Shown here one piece after another: positions 36,365 through 47,934 of a DNA stretch of 51,622 nt; positions within the stretch are counted from its first letter, which is position 1, and each line of letters begins with the position of its first letter. A program made the position numbers and the translations under genes. The stretch is taken from NCBI GenBank assembly GCA_022813865.1, contig JALDZX010000012.1, positions 434,001-485,622 of the forward strand, written 5' to 3'. The DNA is from Xylographa opegraphella (taxonomy: Eukaryota). Below the pieces are notes generated by a model that did not search any database, was not told where the DNA came from, and saw nothing but the letters and a program-made list of their open reading frames with translations.

Positions 36365-39070
36365 ATGTCATCGCCACCTACATCAGGCACTTCTACAAAG
36401 CCTATTCAAATCTTTCAACAACGCAGTAAAATCAACTTCCAGTCGTTCAGACCACTCCAACGAAAGCCGGCACCAGATCTCCCAGAACGGACCGAACCAT
36501 ACGAGGTTGCGCCTGGTACGGGAATCCTTAATACCGATGCTACTGCCATAGTTTTTGGGTATATCGACCGCGAAGAACGTCAGAAAGCCGAGGAGAAGAA
36601 GAGCTTCAGGAGAGCTAAGCGCTCTGAGTCTGCAAAACGCAATAGAGGTCGATCTCGGAGTCCTGTAAAAAAGGCATACCAGCGATTCAAAGAAGTCCAT
36701 ACTGACGACGGTACGGACGATTTCCGAAAGCGTGCTCATCGACAACACGTCGAGGCCAGTGTACGCGCTCTACAGGAAAAAAGAGACGATTCCTACAAAA
36801 TATGGAAAGAGAGTCAAGACCGTGGTAAACGCGGCAGAATGGTAAGTGAAGACGATAGACTGCGGAGTCGAGGGGCCAATCCAAGGACTGGCATTGTTAC
36901 TCCATATGTTGTGAGTGACCAAGGGAGTGCGAATAGTGGCTATGGGAGTGATTACTTGAGGGCCCGACCGCATCAAGGACCGACCATGAATCAAGGCAGC
37001 TGGAGGCAAGATGAAAAAGGTTGGAGTTTGGTTGAGGAATCTGAGTTGGCGTCCCAGCTTCCCGAACAGAAGACTAAAGACCATAGATTTCAGAATCTTG
37101 AGAAATCGAAAGTAGACAATTTGGTGCATGACCCTCAAGCAAACGAGCGGATCGTGCGGTATCAACATAGTGTCAGAAAATTCCATCAAGAAAAAGACGG
37201 CAATAAATCGTGGCTGGACGCGAATGAGTCTTCGTCACCTCGCCGATTGACACCTGAAGGACCAAGCTCTCCTGTCTCTAGATTACCAAGAATACCACGA
37301 AAAACGGTTGGTAGTGGCGCTCATTACCGCGAGCAATCTACGGATACCATAGTGGTCAATGAACGATTGCGAACTGCATCCCTACCAAAGCTGCAACCAC
37401 ATACAAAGCCACGACAGCGAGTACGAATTGTTACACCCAGTATCAATATTCCTAATCCAGCTTCCGCCATAAATACTCCTCACTCACACATTCATACGTC
37501 GAGGTCTTTTTTAGGACATCATCCGGGTACGAACCCGAAGTCACATCAATCGCAGTTGGCTGCGCCTGCGAAAGAAGGCCCTCGAATCGATCGAGAAGGA
37601 GCAGCGCAGGAGTTGAACTCTTGTCTGGACCCCAGGGCCACATCATATCAATGCCAGAATGCCCTCCAAAGACAAGAAAACTTTCCCAGCCACGTTCACT
37701 TCGCAGTGCCAATCGAAGCGTCTCCTCACAGATCAGACACGAGTCCAGGACAACATATACCGACAGTCCAGTATTCCAGACAGAATCTACACAACGAACA
37801 ACAACGAGTTTTCCAACACCCCTCGAGTCTATGGCGTACTTACAACAACGAGCGAGCACAGACAGGTGCCATGATGGATGTACCCATCACCACTACCACT
37901 ACCACTACCATGTCACCCACCAAGCCGGGACTGACATACCCGTTGTCAAGACCAAGACCACAACGACAAGACGGCTTGAATCTAGTTCCGCAACTGAGCC
38001 ATCGGACCGGAGAACAGTTGAACTTCTATACACAAAACCTACCACGAAACACCGCGAACGACGGCGTCACCATCACTACCACCGCACGAAACAACCCAAG
38101 CATTATGCGTCAGAAAGGCAATCAAGACTACCAGCTGGGATCCGAAAGCTCGCCCGCGTGTCAGAAATTGAGTATAGCAAACCGCAAAGCTATACTCACA
38201 AAACCATCCAAAGAAGCTCGAGGTCGATCTCCATTGACCAACGAAGGGACCACATATCACCGAGGCGAGACGTACAACGGGTGGGTGGTACCCGAGGCTA
38301 TGACAGTTCCAGTTCATCATTCTACCCGACCAGCTCAAGAACATCACAACGCAATCACAGATATACGGTCTCGAACACAAAGAGACAAGTCTCGAGAACC
38401 CGATACCGGGCTCCGCCATCAAGCGATGCGAGCTGGGAATGGGAATACAGCTCTTGGCGCTGGGCCTGCAGGCCAGTCACACAGTCCGGATGGAACAACT
38501 CTTATCGACGGAGAGCGCAACACGGATCGAGGTGAAGAACTTCGCAATACAGCGTGCCAGAATGAGCAACGAAGAAAGGACGCTAGGACGACAGCCCAAG
38601 ATCGTGGCGGGAAGTGGTACCAACCCAAAGGGAGGAAGTGCTGGAAATCAGCGAATGAAATGGTATACGAAGGCAAGAAGCCGCAATATGACCTGCAGCG
38701 GACCGACTCTCTCAAACGGCGTGTCGCAGAGTTGAAATCTCTTTACAGTGGTTACGAGTTCCACTTTCGCCCTTCCGTTACCGCGAAGTACGTGCTGAGG
38801 ACGGTGATTATCATGGCTCATCATGTTCTCATGACACTGAACCCCTCCTCGCACGCTTTGGCTGTACTCCGGGGATCGGAGGATCCGGAGGAGGCAGGGT
38901 ATTGGGCCGCCTGGGGCGAGGTGCTGAGGGCGGGAGTGTATGTGCTGTTGTTGCTGAGCTTCTTGCTGGCAGTGGGCCGGATTCTGAAGATTGCGGTCAG
39001 AGTGGGGAGGATTTTACTACGGCCAGTGAGATTGCTTTGGAAGGTTGCACGGTGGTGTTTGGTGAACTAG
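36365..39070 (+). CDS. Large, mostly disordered fungal protein with RGANPRTG motif and C-terminal hydrophobic helix; function unknown
   Basis: Uninterrupted ~900-codon ORF from ATG 36365 with an RGANPRTGIVTP motif, a poly-Thr stretch and C-terminal VYVLLLLSFLLAVG. Confidence 0.75.
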   Translation: MSSPPTSGTSTKPIQIFQQRSKINFQSFRPLQRKPAPDLPERTEPYEVAPGTGILNTDATAIVFGYIDREERQKAEEKKSFRRAKRSESAKRNRGRSRSPVKKAYQRFKEVHTDDGTDDFRKRAHRQHVEASVRALQEKRDDSYKIWKESQDRGKRGRMVSEDDRLRSRGANPRTGIVTPYVVSDQGSANSGYGSDYLRARPHQGPTMNQGSWRQDEKGWSLVEESELASQLPEQKTKDHRFQNLEKSKVDNLVHDPQANERIVRYQHSVRKFHQEKDGNKSWLDANESSSPRRLTPEGPSSPVSRLPRIPRKTVGSGAHYREQSTDTIVVNERLRTASLPKLQPHTKPRQRVRIVTPSINIPNPASAINTPHSHIHTSRSFLGHHPGTNPKSHQSQLAAPAKEGPRIDREGAAQELNSCLDPRATSYQCQNALQRQENFPSHVHFAVPIEASPHRSDTSPGQHIPTVQYSRQNLHNEQQRVFQHPSSLWRTYNNERAQTGAMMDVPITTTTTTTMSPTKPGLTYPLSRPRPQRQDGLNLVPQLSHRTGEQLNFYTQNLPRNTANDGVTITTTARNNPSIMRQKGNQDYQLGSESSPACQKLSIANRKAILTKPSKEARGRSPLTNEGTTYHRGETYNGWVVPEAMTVPVHHSTRPAQEHHNAITDIRSRTQRDKSREPDTGLRHQAMRAGNGNTALGAGPAGQSHSPDGTTLIDGERNTDRGEELRNTACQNEQRRKDARTTAQDRGGKWYQPKGRKCWKSANEMVYEGKKPQYDLQRTDSLKRRVAELKSLYSGYEFHFRPSVTAKYVLRTVIIMAHHVLMTLNPSSHALAVLRGSEDPEEAGYWAAWGEVLRAGVYVLLLLSFLLAVGRILKIAVRVGRILLRPVRLLWKVARWCLVN

Positions 39071-39373
39071 TACTTGTCGACAATCCTTAATCCTAACACA
39101 GCACAATTGGCGATTTGACGAGATGCGGACGGGAGACTTCATTTGCATGGTTGTGCATTGTGGCAGAAACAAGCGGACAACTTAGACCTTCAAAGTACCC
39201 TCTAGCGTTTAACGCCTCCATAAGCTGAGAAAGTATTGCACGCAAAATGGGTATAAAGCACCAGCCAATGGCTACCAGGACGTACTCCATCTCAGATAAA
39301 CTCCAGCCAAGCCATCTCTCCCAATGCAGTGATAGAAACCCGTGGTTGTCTCCTTCAGTCACTGCCACAACTC

Positions 39374-40819
39374 TCACTCGGGACCGAACTCTGCAAATTC
39401 GTGCCACTTCCCATCGTGAGCTTGCCTCCACATGCGTGCTTGTCCGCTGTCACCAGACGAGATGAGAATGTGACTGTTGCTCATCCATTGCACTTCCCAG
39501 ACCCCCTCATGCTTGATCTGCTCCACGCACTTTGCCTCATGACGAATCTGTCCAATACTGAGGGACGAAAGGGATGCTGCGAGCGAGGCTCGATCGAGAC
39601 CGGCGCCGATTCCTGATGGGGCGCGCACCCCTGCCTTCGAAGGTCCTTCTCCTGCGTTTGAGAGCGTCGTTTTGGGCGGTACAGCAGGGCTTGCAGTCTG
39701 TACGGTGTTCTGCTTTGGTGTCGAGATCTCATATATGCGTATGTACCCGTCCGCTGCCGCCGTTGCAATCCAGTCTTGGGGACGCCACGCCTCAGCCGAC
39801 CACGCCACACCACGCACAAGTCCATCCGCACCACCGAGCACTGCTACTCGGTCCTGGAACTTGTACAGTTCCTGCCCGCCATGGCCCGTCATCTTTATCA
39901 CGCGGTAGACCCTCACTTCCGTCAAAGCCGTCACCGCGATGCTAAGAGCCGACTTGTCCAGGCCAGCAGCAATTGCCGTGCTGTTAGGGTGAGTGCTCTG
40001 CTGGAAGCACAGCTTGAAGCAGGTTTCGACTCCTCGGGCGATATGCGCGTCGCAGACGAGGATCTGGTCAATCTCGCGCCAGTCATCGAACTTCTCTGAG
40101 TTGACCGGCTCTAGGAGACTGAGCAGTCCATCCCGTGTGACAATAGCGAGGTAGGTGTCCTTGTTGGGGTTGACGAAGTCTAGAGAGGTGTACACGACCG
40201 AGTGACCGGATGACTGTGAGAAGACGCATTTGAAACGGCGGCCGCTGTGGTGCGCTTCTGTGGGATCTTCTTGCCAGATCTTCAGCTTGAGGTCGTCGCC
40301 GATACTGCCGAGGATTTGGCCCATCTTGGGGCCATTCCACTTAACCTGAGTGAAGTAAGTCAACACTGCACCAAGTATCTATGTTGTGTAAAGTCTTACA
40401 TCGAGCACTTGGGCATTGTGCCCGCGCCACAAATCTGTAAGCTGCCAATTCTCCTGATTCATGTCAAACACCCTGATTCGATGATCCGCAGAGCCAGTGA
40501 CAAGGCGCGTTCCATATTCGTTGAAATGGGCTGCAAGCACAAGATCGTTGCTACTATGAGCGAAATTTCTGAACCCTTGAGTGACCATCTCGCGATCACC
40601 TTTGCCCGTGGACTGTGCAGTATCCAGGCAGCGATTGATGCATATGCTTCGGATTGTTTGAGGCAAGACCGTATTATTGGCCGCTGCAATGCTGTGGTCA
40701 TATATACTCTCTTCTGTGAAACTGTGCGGGCTTGGTTCGAGTGTTGTATCGGTGTGAATGTGACAATCCTCCATCTCAAACATTAAATTATCTCCGTCAA
40801 AGTCCGTGCCTGACGCCAT
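39374..40819 (-). CDS. SEH1: WD40 nucleoporin Seh1-like
   Basis: DLVLAAHFNEYGTRLVTGSADHRIRVFD..WRGH; intron 40399-40346; VKWNGP..GSIGDDLKLKIWQED and SSGDSGQARMWRQ. The start is either 40588 (MVTQ) or 40819 (MASG). Confidence 0.85.
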
Positions 40820-41010
40820 ATTGAAACACGTTAGACTGATCTGAGATCTGGTAATGCGGGGCACGGAGTCACGATGATGCGAAAGCCGGAGCTTTATTGA
40901 TGCGAAGACCGGCCGGAGTTGTGATCTTCGGTGTTTGTGGGTAAGGCTTAGCTCGCGGACAGATTCCGTCTGTCAGAACACGAACCAAATGCTACTGCTC
41001 AAGATGCGTA

Positions 41011-42519
41011 ATGAACACAACACTCAGCAGAACAGAGACGTTCAGTCTTTTCGCAATATCTGCAGCATGTCTGGCTGCCATTACGAATACCTTTCAAGGT
41101 GATGGGGAGCCCTTGATTGCCTCCCTAGCGTTTAGTGGAATTGCTTTTGCGTCCACGTACAGTCTGATACGATGGCTCGGTCCGGCCTTCATGGCAGCTG
41201 GGCTCAAGGGCAAAGACATGTCCAAAGCCCGAAAAGTTGAGATGTAGGTAGCTATCATCCTCGCGCATCTCTTCCCTCGTTACTAACAGCTTATAGTCCG
41301 GAAACAATGGGTGCCGTTTGTGCAATTGTTTACTTACTCACGATTATTGTCTTTATACCATTCCCCTTCTACAAGGACATTGTGGCGGCCACATCTGGAG
41401 GAGGAAATAGAGACGTAGTATTGGAGATTCAGCAAGTGGAAACGGGTCGGTTTCTACATAAATTTCCACACAGCAAGGTCTGAGCCCCTTAGAACTTGAG
41501 CGTCTTGTCCTATTGCTGATACTGGTTCATTCGCTTAGCTGGCTTTATATCTTTCTGCTATACTATCTTTGCAATCGGTGGTCCTTCTTGGAATAGGTGA
41601 CGACCTCTTCGACATCCGATGGCGGCACAAGTTCTTTATTCCAGCGTTTGCATCCATCCCAATGCTGGTAGTTTACTTTGTGGATTTCGGTGTCACAAAA
41701 GTGGTTGTGCCAGTTCCGTTACAGAAATATCTTGGGGAACTTTTGGATCTTGGATGGCTATACTACGTCTATATGGCTGCTATTGCCATCTTCTGTCCAA
41801 ACAGCATAAATATATTGGCAGGGATAAATGGAATCGAGGTCTCGCAATCGTTGGTCATTGCAGTTCTTCTACTTATCAACGACTCCTTGTATCTTGCTCC
41901 GTTTACACGATATCCGCATCCAGCTACTGACTCGCATCTGTTCTCCATCTACCTCTTGTTACCCTTCATTGGGGTCTCTCTGGCACTCTGGTGGCACAAT
42001 TGGTATCCTGCTAAGGTTTTCGTGGGTGACACGTATTGTTACTTTGCTGGCATGGTGTTTGCCATTGTGGGAATCCTCGGGCATTTCAGCAAGACTTTGC
42101 TTTTGCTATTCATACCTCAAATCTTCAACTTCATCTATTCTGTGCCACAGCTTCTCCGCATTGTCGAATGTCCGAGGCACCGTTTACCGAAGTTCGACGC
42201 ACGCACTGGCTTACTGGAACCTTCTGTTACGGAGTGGGAGCGTCCACCTTCGGCACTGGTCTCAAGCGGCCTCAAGCTGCTCCACAAGCTTCATTTGATT
42301 CGGGTCGAGGTCAATGGCAAGGGGGTGATTGTGGAATCGACAAATCTTACCATTCTTAACCTGTGGCTTGTCTGGTTCGGTCCGATGCGGGAAGACCGCT
42401 TAGCCATGTCTATTTTGGCTATGCAAACGGCTTGCGGAGTTGTCGGATTACTTGTACGACATAGACTGGCATTGTGGGTGTTTCGGCAAGACAACAGAAC
42501 ATTTGATCTTGTACTATAA
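41011..42519 (+). CDS. ALG7: UDP-GlcNAc:dolichyl-phosphate GlcNAc-1-phosphate transferase
   Basis: Introns 41244-41296 and 41478-41538. Motifs GLKGKDMSK, PETMG, LGIGDDLFDIRWRHK, NSINILAGINGIE, VFVGDTYCY and CPRHRLP. Confidence 0.96.
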
Positions 42520-43946
42520 ACTGTATTTATATTATATCATCGCTAATCTGAATTCCAAAGCCTGTCGGTGTAGTCTATTGAGCTGTGTTTAGTTATAAAT
42601 GATTCCAGAACTTAGTTGATAGCCCGACTGTAACTCAGATCTACGACTAGAGTCGTGATCTGCTATCTGCAGCATGTGTGCGATATCTATGCGAAAGGCA
42701 AAAGCAATTGTCGACTTCTGCGTCCGGGAAATTATCACAGCGAGATTTGCCCCAGCCCTCGCCCCTTCCGTTGCGCAAACCACCATTCCACGAAGTTCCT
42801 GTGAACCTGACCAGTGCACTTGGTATGCGCCTGGGTTCGGAGACGAGGATGCAGTAAATAAACTTCTTGATTCAAAGGTAACGAAAATCACACGCCGCTC
42901 GGCACCGTGGCTTTCCTTCCAGACGTATCACCTTGGGCCTTGGAGGGTTGCAGAATTGGATACGCTCGTTTGCGGGCCTTCTGCAATAGTCCAGTGCATA
43001 TAAGAGGATATGAGCCTGATGTTTGACATTTTGGAGGCTAGTTTGAACAACTCTCCCTGACGCTCCTCGAACGACGTGCCATACACGACCTTGAATATAA
43101 TCGTATCACCGACGGCTTATGCCCATCGCAAGCGGCGGAGTATGACGAGACTGGGGGCTCGCTACTAATAGGTCAGTATCATGAACCTATTCGAGCGCCG
43201 CTCGGACGGCATCACGTTCTTGATCCGGAGAACCGAGTGCAATCTTGTGCGTGCCGATAAAGGTTATGAGCCATCTCGCGTCGGGTTTCTGATTGAGACT
43301 GTTCTTTCGTGAATGATATCTGAGCATGGGCATGCCCTGGAGGAGTTAAACCAACCCAATGTACAGATTCGGGATTGAGAGTCTGGGATGACTAAACAAT
43401 TTGTACAGCTCGGGCTGGAGACATGTCTTTGGCGCAAGCTCGAGACGGCCTTAGCTACTCATAGCCTCGTGCTTAGCAAAATGCCTACACTTGTACAACA
43501 ATGTCATGGGTGCTCCAGCCTTGCCAGGTGGTGCTGTAGACAATCAAGAAAACGCTGCACGCCGATATCTAATAGAGAATAACTGGAGCCTGAGCATCAA
43601 AAACCCCAATCAATTCGATCTCGATTATTATACACAACGCATATCGTGAAACCATTTCTGGCTGTGAAGGAAATAAGATAGATCAACGCGACTTGTGCTC
43701 GAACGTTAGCAACTTCGATACCGTAGATCTCCATTCGCAGACCGAACTCTACAGTTTGGAAAAGAAATAGATATAGGTAGAGCTGACGCTATTGGGTCGA
43801 GTTTGTGGCAGTGCTTGGGCCTCCATTCCTATTCGATGCCGGATCAGTGCCAGGCAAATGTTCGTCCCTCAGCCTCGCGCTGCGGGGCTCGTGCACCTTT
43901 GCTGCGATTCCCTTTGCAGTCCACGAACAAGGGTCCTGAGCCGGCG

Positions 43947-44397
43947 ATGTCACCGTTTATTCATCTCGAGTTCTACGCAGATCTTGAAGAGTCGGTCGCA
44001 TCGATAGTGAGTCGAAAGTGGAAATGCGTATGAGAAGTCTGGTAGCTTGTGTGCAGACGCGCTAATTTTTGAAGTGTTCTTGCGTCGAGCCAGCCAATAC
44101 CAGTCCTTCAGACGTGGCGGATCCGAAATGTGCAGGTTGCTCTCACGTACGATGTGCATGGTGCAAAGAAGTTGTTGACGACGACGAAGTTGAGAATTAT
44201 TGGACGGCTACTGGCAACCAGTTTGGTCCACCTCAATGGTGGTGGTGTGTGAGTTTGGAACCCTGTCATGGTGCTGGCAAGCTTGACGTTAACAGATCAA
44301 TAAGTGTCAATGCAAAGATGGTCCGAAATCACGAATGCTCCAGCCGAGTTGCATACTGTGCATGCACAATCAGTGTAGTTACTGCAGTATGAACTAG
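43947..44397 (+). CDS. Small protein with two WxCCxC..CxxCxHxxCxxC Cys/His repeats (putative Zn-binding)
   Basis: Introns 44028-44074 and 44249-44304 give MSPFIHLEFYADLEESVASIVSRKWKC|CSCVEPANTSPSDVADPKCAGCSHVRCAWC..PQWWWC|CQCKDGPKSRMLQPSCILCMHNQCSYCSMN*. The start may lie further upstream (in-frame ATG at 43836). Confidence 0.72.
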
Positions 44398-44479
44398 TGG
44401 AGAATACTGCATGCTATTCCTACTGCATCATGCTGAAACTGGTACACTGTATGAGGGAGCGTGTTGTGACGCAGAATTG

Positions 44480-46424
44480 TCAGCAGGCCAAGTGTTTCCA
44501 TATGGCCGCCACCCAACTCTCGATTCTACCGTTTAGGAAAGTCATGGCTGAGGTTACTAAAGTGAGGAGTGCCATGACAAGAGTGTACCAGATCCAGGAG
44601 GCCGATTGCGGCATGATGGCCATGCTGAAAATTGCCTCTTGTTTCTCAGCTGGCAAGAACTGGATTTACAGAGTTATCAAACCTACTGTTCCCAAACCTA
44701 ACGGGAGGTAGAACTTGACTTTGTCAGTCGAATACTTCATGGGACTCTGGCAGAAAGCTAACCACTGTAACCCTTGTCAATCGACCGATGTTCTTCCCCT
44801 GATCGGTAGCTACCCTGCTTTCGACCATTGCAGAAACGTTAACAAGCTGCGAGGCTTTAGCGTTTTTGTACAGATAATGATCACCGACCTTACACCACTC
44901 TTCATAGTATCAAAGGTTTCGATCTTCTGGCGGAGAGTCGTGCGCAGAGATCGAAGTTCGTTCGAGTCCTTCTCTATGTCGGCAACGTACCCATCCCATT
45001 TCCTTTGCAGGGTTGCTTGCTCCTCAACGTGGAAGTACAGTAATTCGCCGGCAGCAAAACGTTCCCAGTACTCTATGATCTTGATGATTGCATTGCACAG
45101 AAGCCGGAGTAGCTCGATGGTGGAGGTGTACTCGCGCGTGCGGTTGAAGCTAACATCGTCATTCAGGGGAGGTTGCCCCGTAACATGAAATATTGTCGCT
45201 TCCTGGTTTTATCATCTTAGTGTTGTTCCTGAGCCATCAGACGTGCTCACATGAGTCTGCAAACGGTTTTCGACCACACCCACTATTATCCTCCATTCTT
45301 TTGTAGCTTGTCTGAAGCGGCGGGATAGCATGTAGAGGAAGTACTCTCGTGGGTTCCATGTCGGTTGACTAATCAGTCTCTCACCTCCTGTGGTAGCATC
45401 AAGTGTGCTATCGTGGTAGGCCTCGACTCCTTGTTCGCTCCCGAAGTATGTGTCAACGCAACAATAAGCTGTCCAGAACCATTCGTCAATGCCAGTGACC
45501 ATTACCGAAATTTGCGCTTCGTAGATGTACTCCGGTCTGAGTGGATTGGACAAGTTTGCTGGTAGTTTTCCACAATTGCGCAGTCCACGGGTGTCTCTCG
45601 ACGGCTCAATGCTTTCCCTCAGGGCGTAGTATGGCATGTGGAACTCAAGAGCAAAACCGAAAAAGGGCTGGCAATGGTTTTAGCGCTTGTGAAGCATAAA
45701 TAAGGAGCGATCCTTCTTACAAAGGATACACCAAATGACACACTATACATCACATAACGATGAAGAAACTCTCGTAGCACTGCAACTCTTAGTGCTGGAA
45801 CAGTAGATGCCATAGCAAGCGCACAAAGAGGAGTCATGTTCGCAATGTATCTTGATTGCATCAGCCAGGACCGTTTCCCACACAGGTGAATCCAAGACAC
45901 AAACATCACACGCCGTTCGGCTCCAACATCTTGTCTCTTTCAGCATAAGTTAGTAGAAACAAGACATTAACGCTCAAGGAGAAGCTCCATACATTAACTC
46001 TTAGTCTTGCATGAAGTTCGGCTGCAGTGACAGCACTAAAATATTGATCAACGCCTTCCGGAGGATATCTATCGTATCCATCCCAATCCCTCGCCCCTCT
46101 GTGCTCGCCACCAGCTTGCCAGCCTGTATGGTCTCTTCGATCATCAATCAAAGCAATCTTCGCTGCATCACCAGGGCGCGGTGGGATTTGTAACAGCGCA
46201 GCCGTGCTAGCAGAGTCAAGAAATGATTTCAAAGCAGGACAATCGTATTGTGGTGGATCCAGCAGTGACTTTTGCCCGGAAATAAATGCATCAACGATCG
46301 ACTCATGTGGTTGCGCTTCTATCAAAGATACTTCTAGGGCGTGCGATCTCCACTGTCGGGTTGCAAATGCTCGATTCCAGACAAAGCGACGATCGGTCAG
46401 AAATCTTCGAGGAAGATGATCCAT
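44480..46424 (-). CDS. Fungal CorA-like membrane-domain protein (no GMN motif), function unknown
   Basis: Multi-exon (about 7 introns). Segments GAERRVI|YIANM, FALEFHMPYYALR, YEAQISVMVTGIDEWFWTAYCCVDTYF and WNPREYFL. C-terminus QGKNIGRLTRVTV|FYLPLGLGT|AIFSM plus a second TM helix, ending KHLAC*. Confidence 0.78.
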
Positions 46425-46639
46425 ATTATCATAGAACTTCAGTGTTGTACAGTGGATATTTTTATCAACAAAAATATAGACAACTTAGAACAGCTTCGGA
46501 ACACCACCAAACCACACCTAGTCGTTATTGTTGTTCAGCCTCAATCCACAGCCTCGTGGCTAACCGATTAACGATGATGCGTTAATGCCATTGCATACCC
46601 GAATGCTTTCAGAAGTGAATGTTTCTTGGAATCGTTACT

Positions 46640-47719
46640 CTAGACACTCATCTTCATTAGAATACTCTGGTGAGGTTTGTAGCCAGTGATTTCAAAATCC
46701 TCCATCTTCCAGCCATCTATACTTCCGCCCATATCCTGACGAATCGTCAGTTCCGGAAAGCTTCGCGGCTCTCTCTGTAGTTGAACATTCAGGGCTTCGA
46801 CATGGTCCAGATACACATGCGCATCACCCATGGTATGTGTGAAAGTTCCTGGCGTTAGATCACAAACGTGCGCTAGCATGTGCGTGAGGAGTGCATAGCT
46901 CGCGATATTGAACGGAACGCCGAGACCCATATCGCAACTTCTCTGGTAGAGTTGACAGCTAAGTACTCCCCGCTCCTTCTTTGACTGGCCTTTTGGGGTG
47001 CTCTTAGGAAACGATACGTAGAATTGGCAGAACATGTGACACGGAGGTAAAGCCATGATCTCCAAGTCTGCCGGGTTCCACGCACTGAGTATTATTCTTC
47101 GGTCGTATGGCTTGTTCTTTAGTTTATCAATGACCTCTGCCAGTTGATCCACTCCTTGTCCGGTATAATCCGTCTTGGCGTTCACATATTCCGCCCCAAA
47201 GTGCCGCCATTGGAAGCCATAAACAGGCCCAAGATCGCCTACCTCTCGATGTGATAAACCGACGCTGTCGAGATATTCTCTGCTACCGTTTCCATCCCAG
47301 ATTTTGATCCCGGCCTCCGAGAGAGGAATCGAAGATGTGCTCCCAGAAATGAACCAGAGAAGCTCCGCTATAACAGCACGCACGAAAACGCGTTTAGTGG
47401 TCAAAAGAGGTAGAATTGGTGTGGGTGGAAGAGCAGGATCTGAGGAGGGGCGCGAGAGAGCAAATCGTAGAGGGGTAGGTGCGAATATCGATAGCGTGCC
47501 TGTTCCGGTTCTGTCGGAGAGATTAAGTTGTGAGATTTATGGATATGTATCATGTGCGAACCTGTCTGGTCTATGTTCCCCCTCATTCAGGATATAGCGG
47601 ATCAGATTCAGATACTGGAACTCTTCGTGAGGAGCTACATGTGCTCTTTCCGAAGAAGCAATTATTTTTGTTCTCGGAGCATCGAGCTCCGGCTCGGACG
47701 ACAATACAGACGGTGCCAT
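46640..47719 (-). CDS. CDC21: Thymidylate synthase
   Basis: [53 protein letters not shown] and [18 protein letters not shown]; one intron ~47560-47511. Confidence 0.97.
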
Positions 47720-47934
47720 ATCGTCTTGTGTATGCTTACTGACCGAGAAGTTGCTCAGGTGTTTGGGTGAACGTGTAAAGCTGTTTCAAGATGCGCGTCA
47801 AACGCTAAAGTAGCCGGCTACCTTAATGGGTATACTGGCGAAAAGATATTTGGGATCGTTGGTTTTTCCGTGCCGCGGCATTCCATGTCGTGTAACCAAC
47901 CTCATAGCACTATCCCATTCTAGACATCTTCTCT

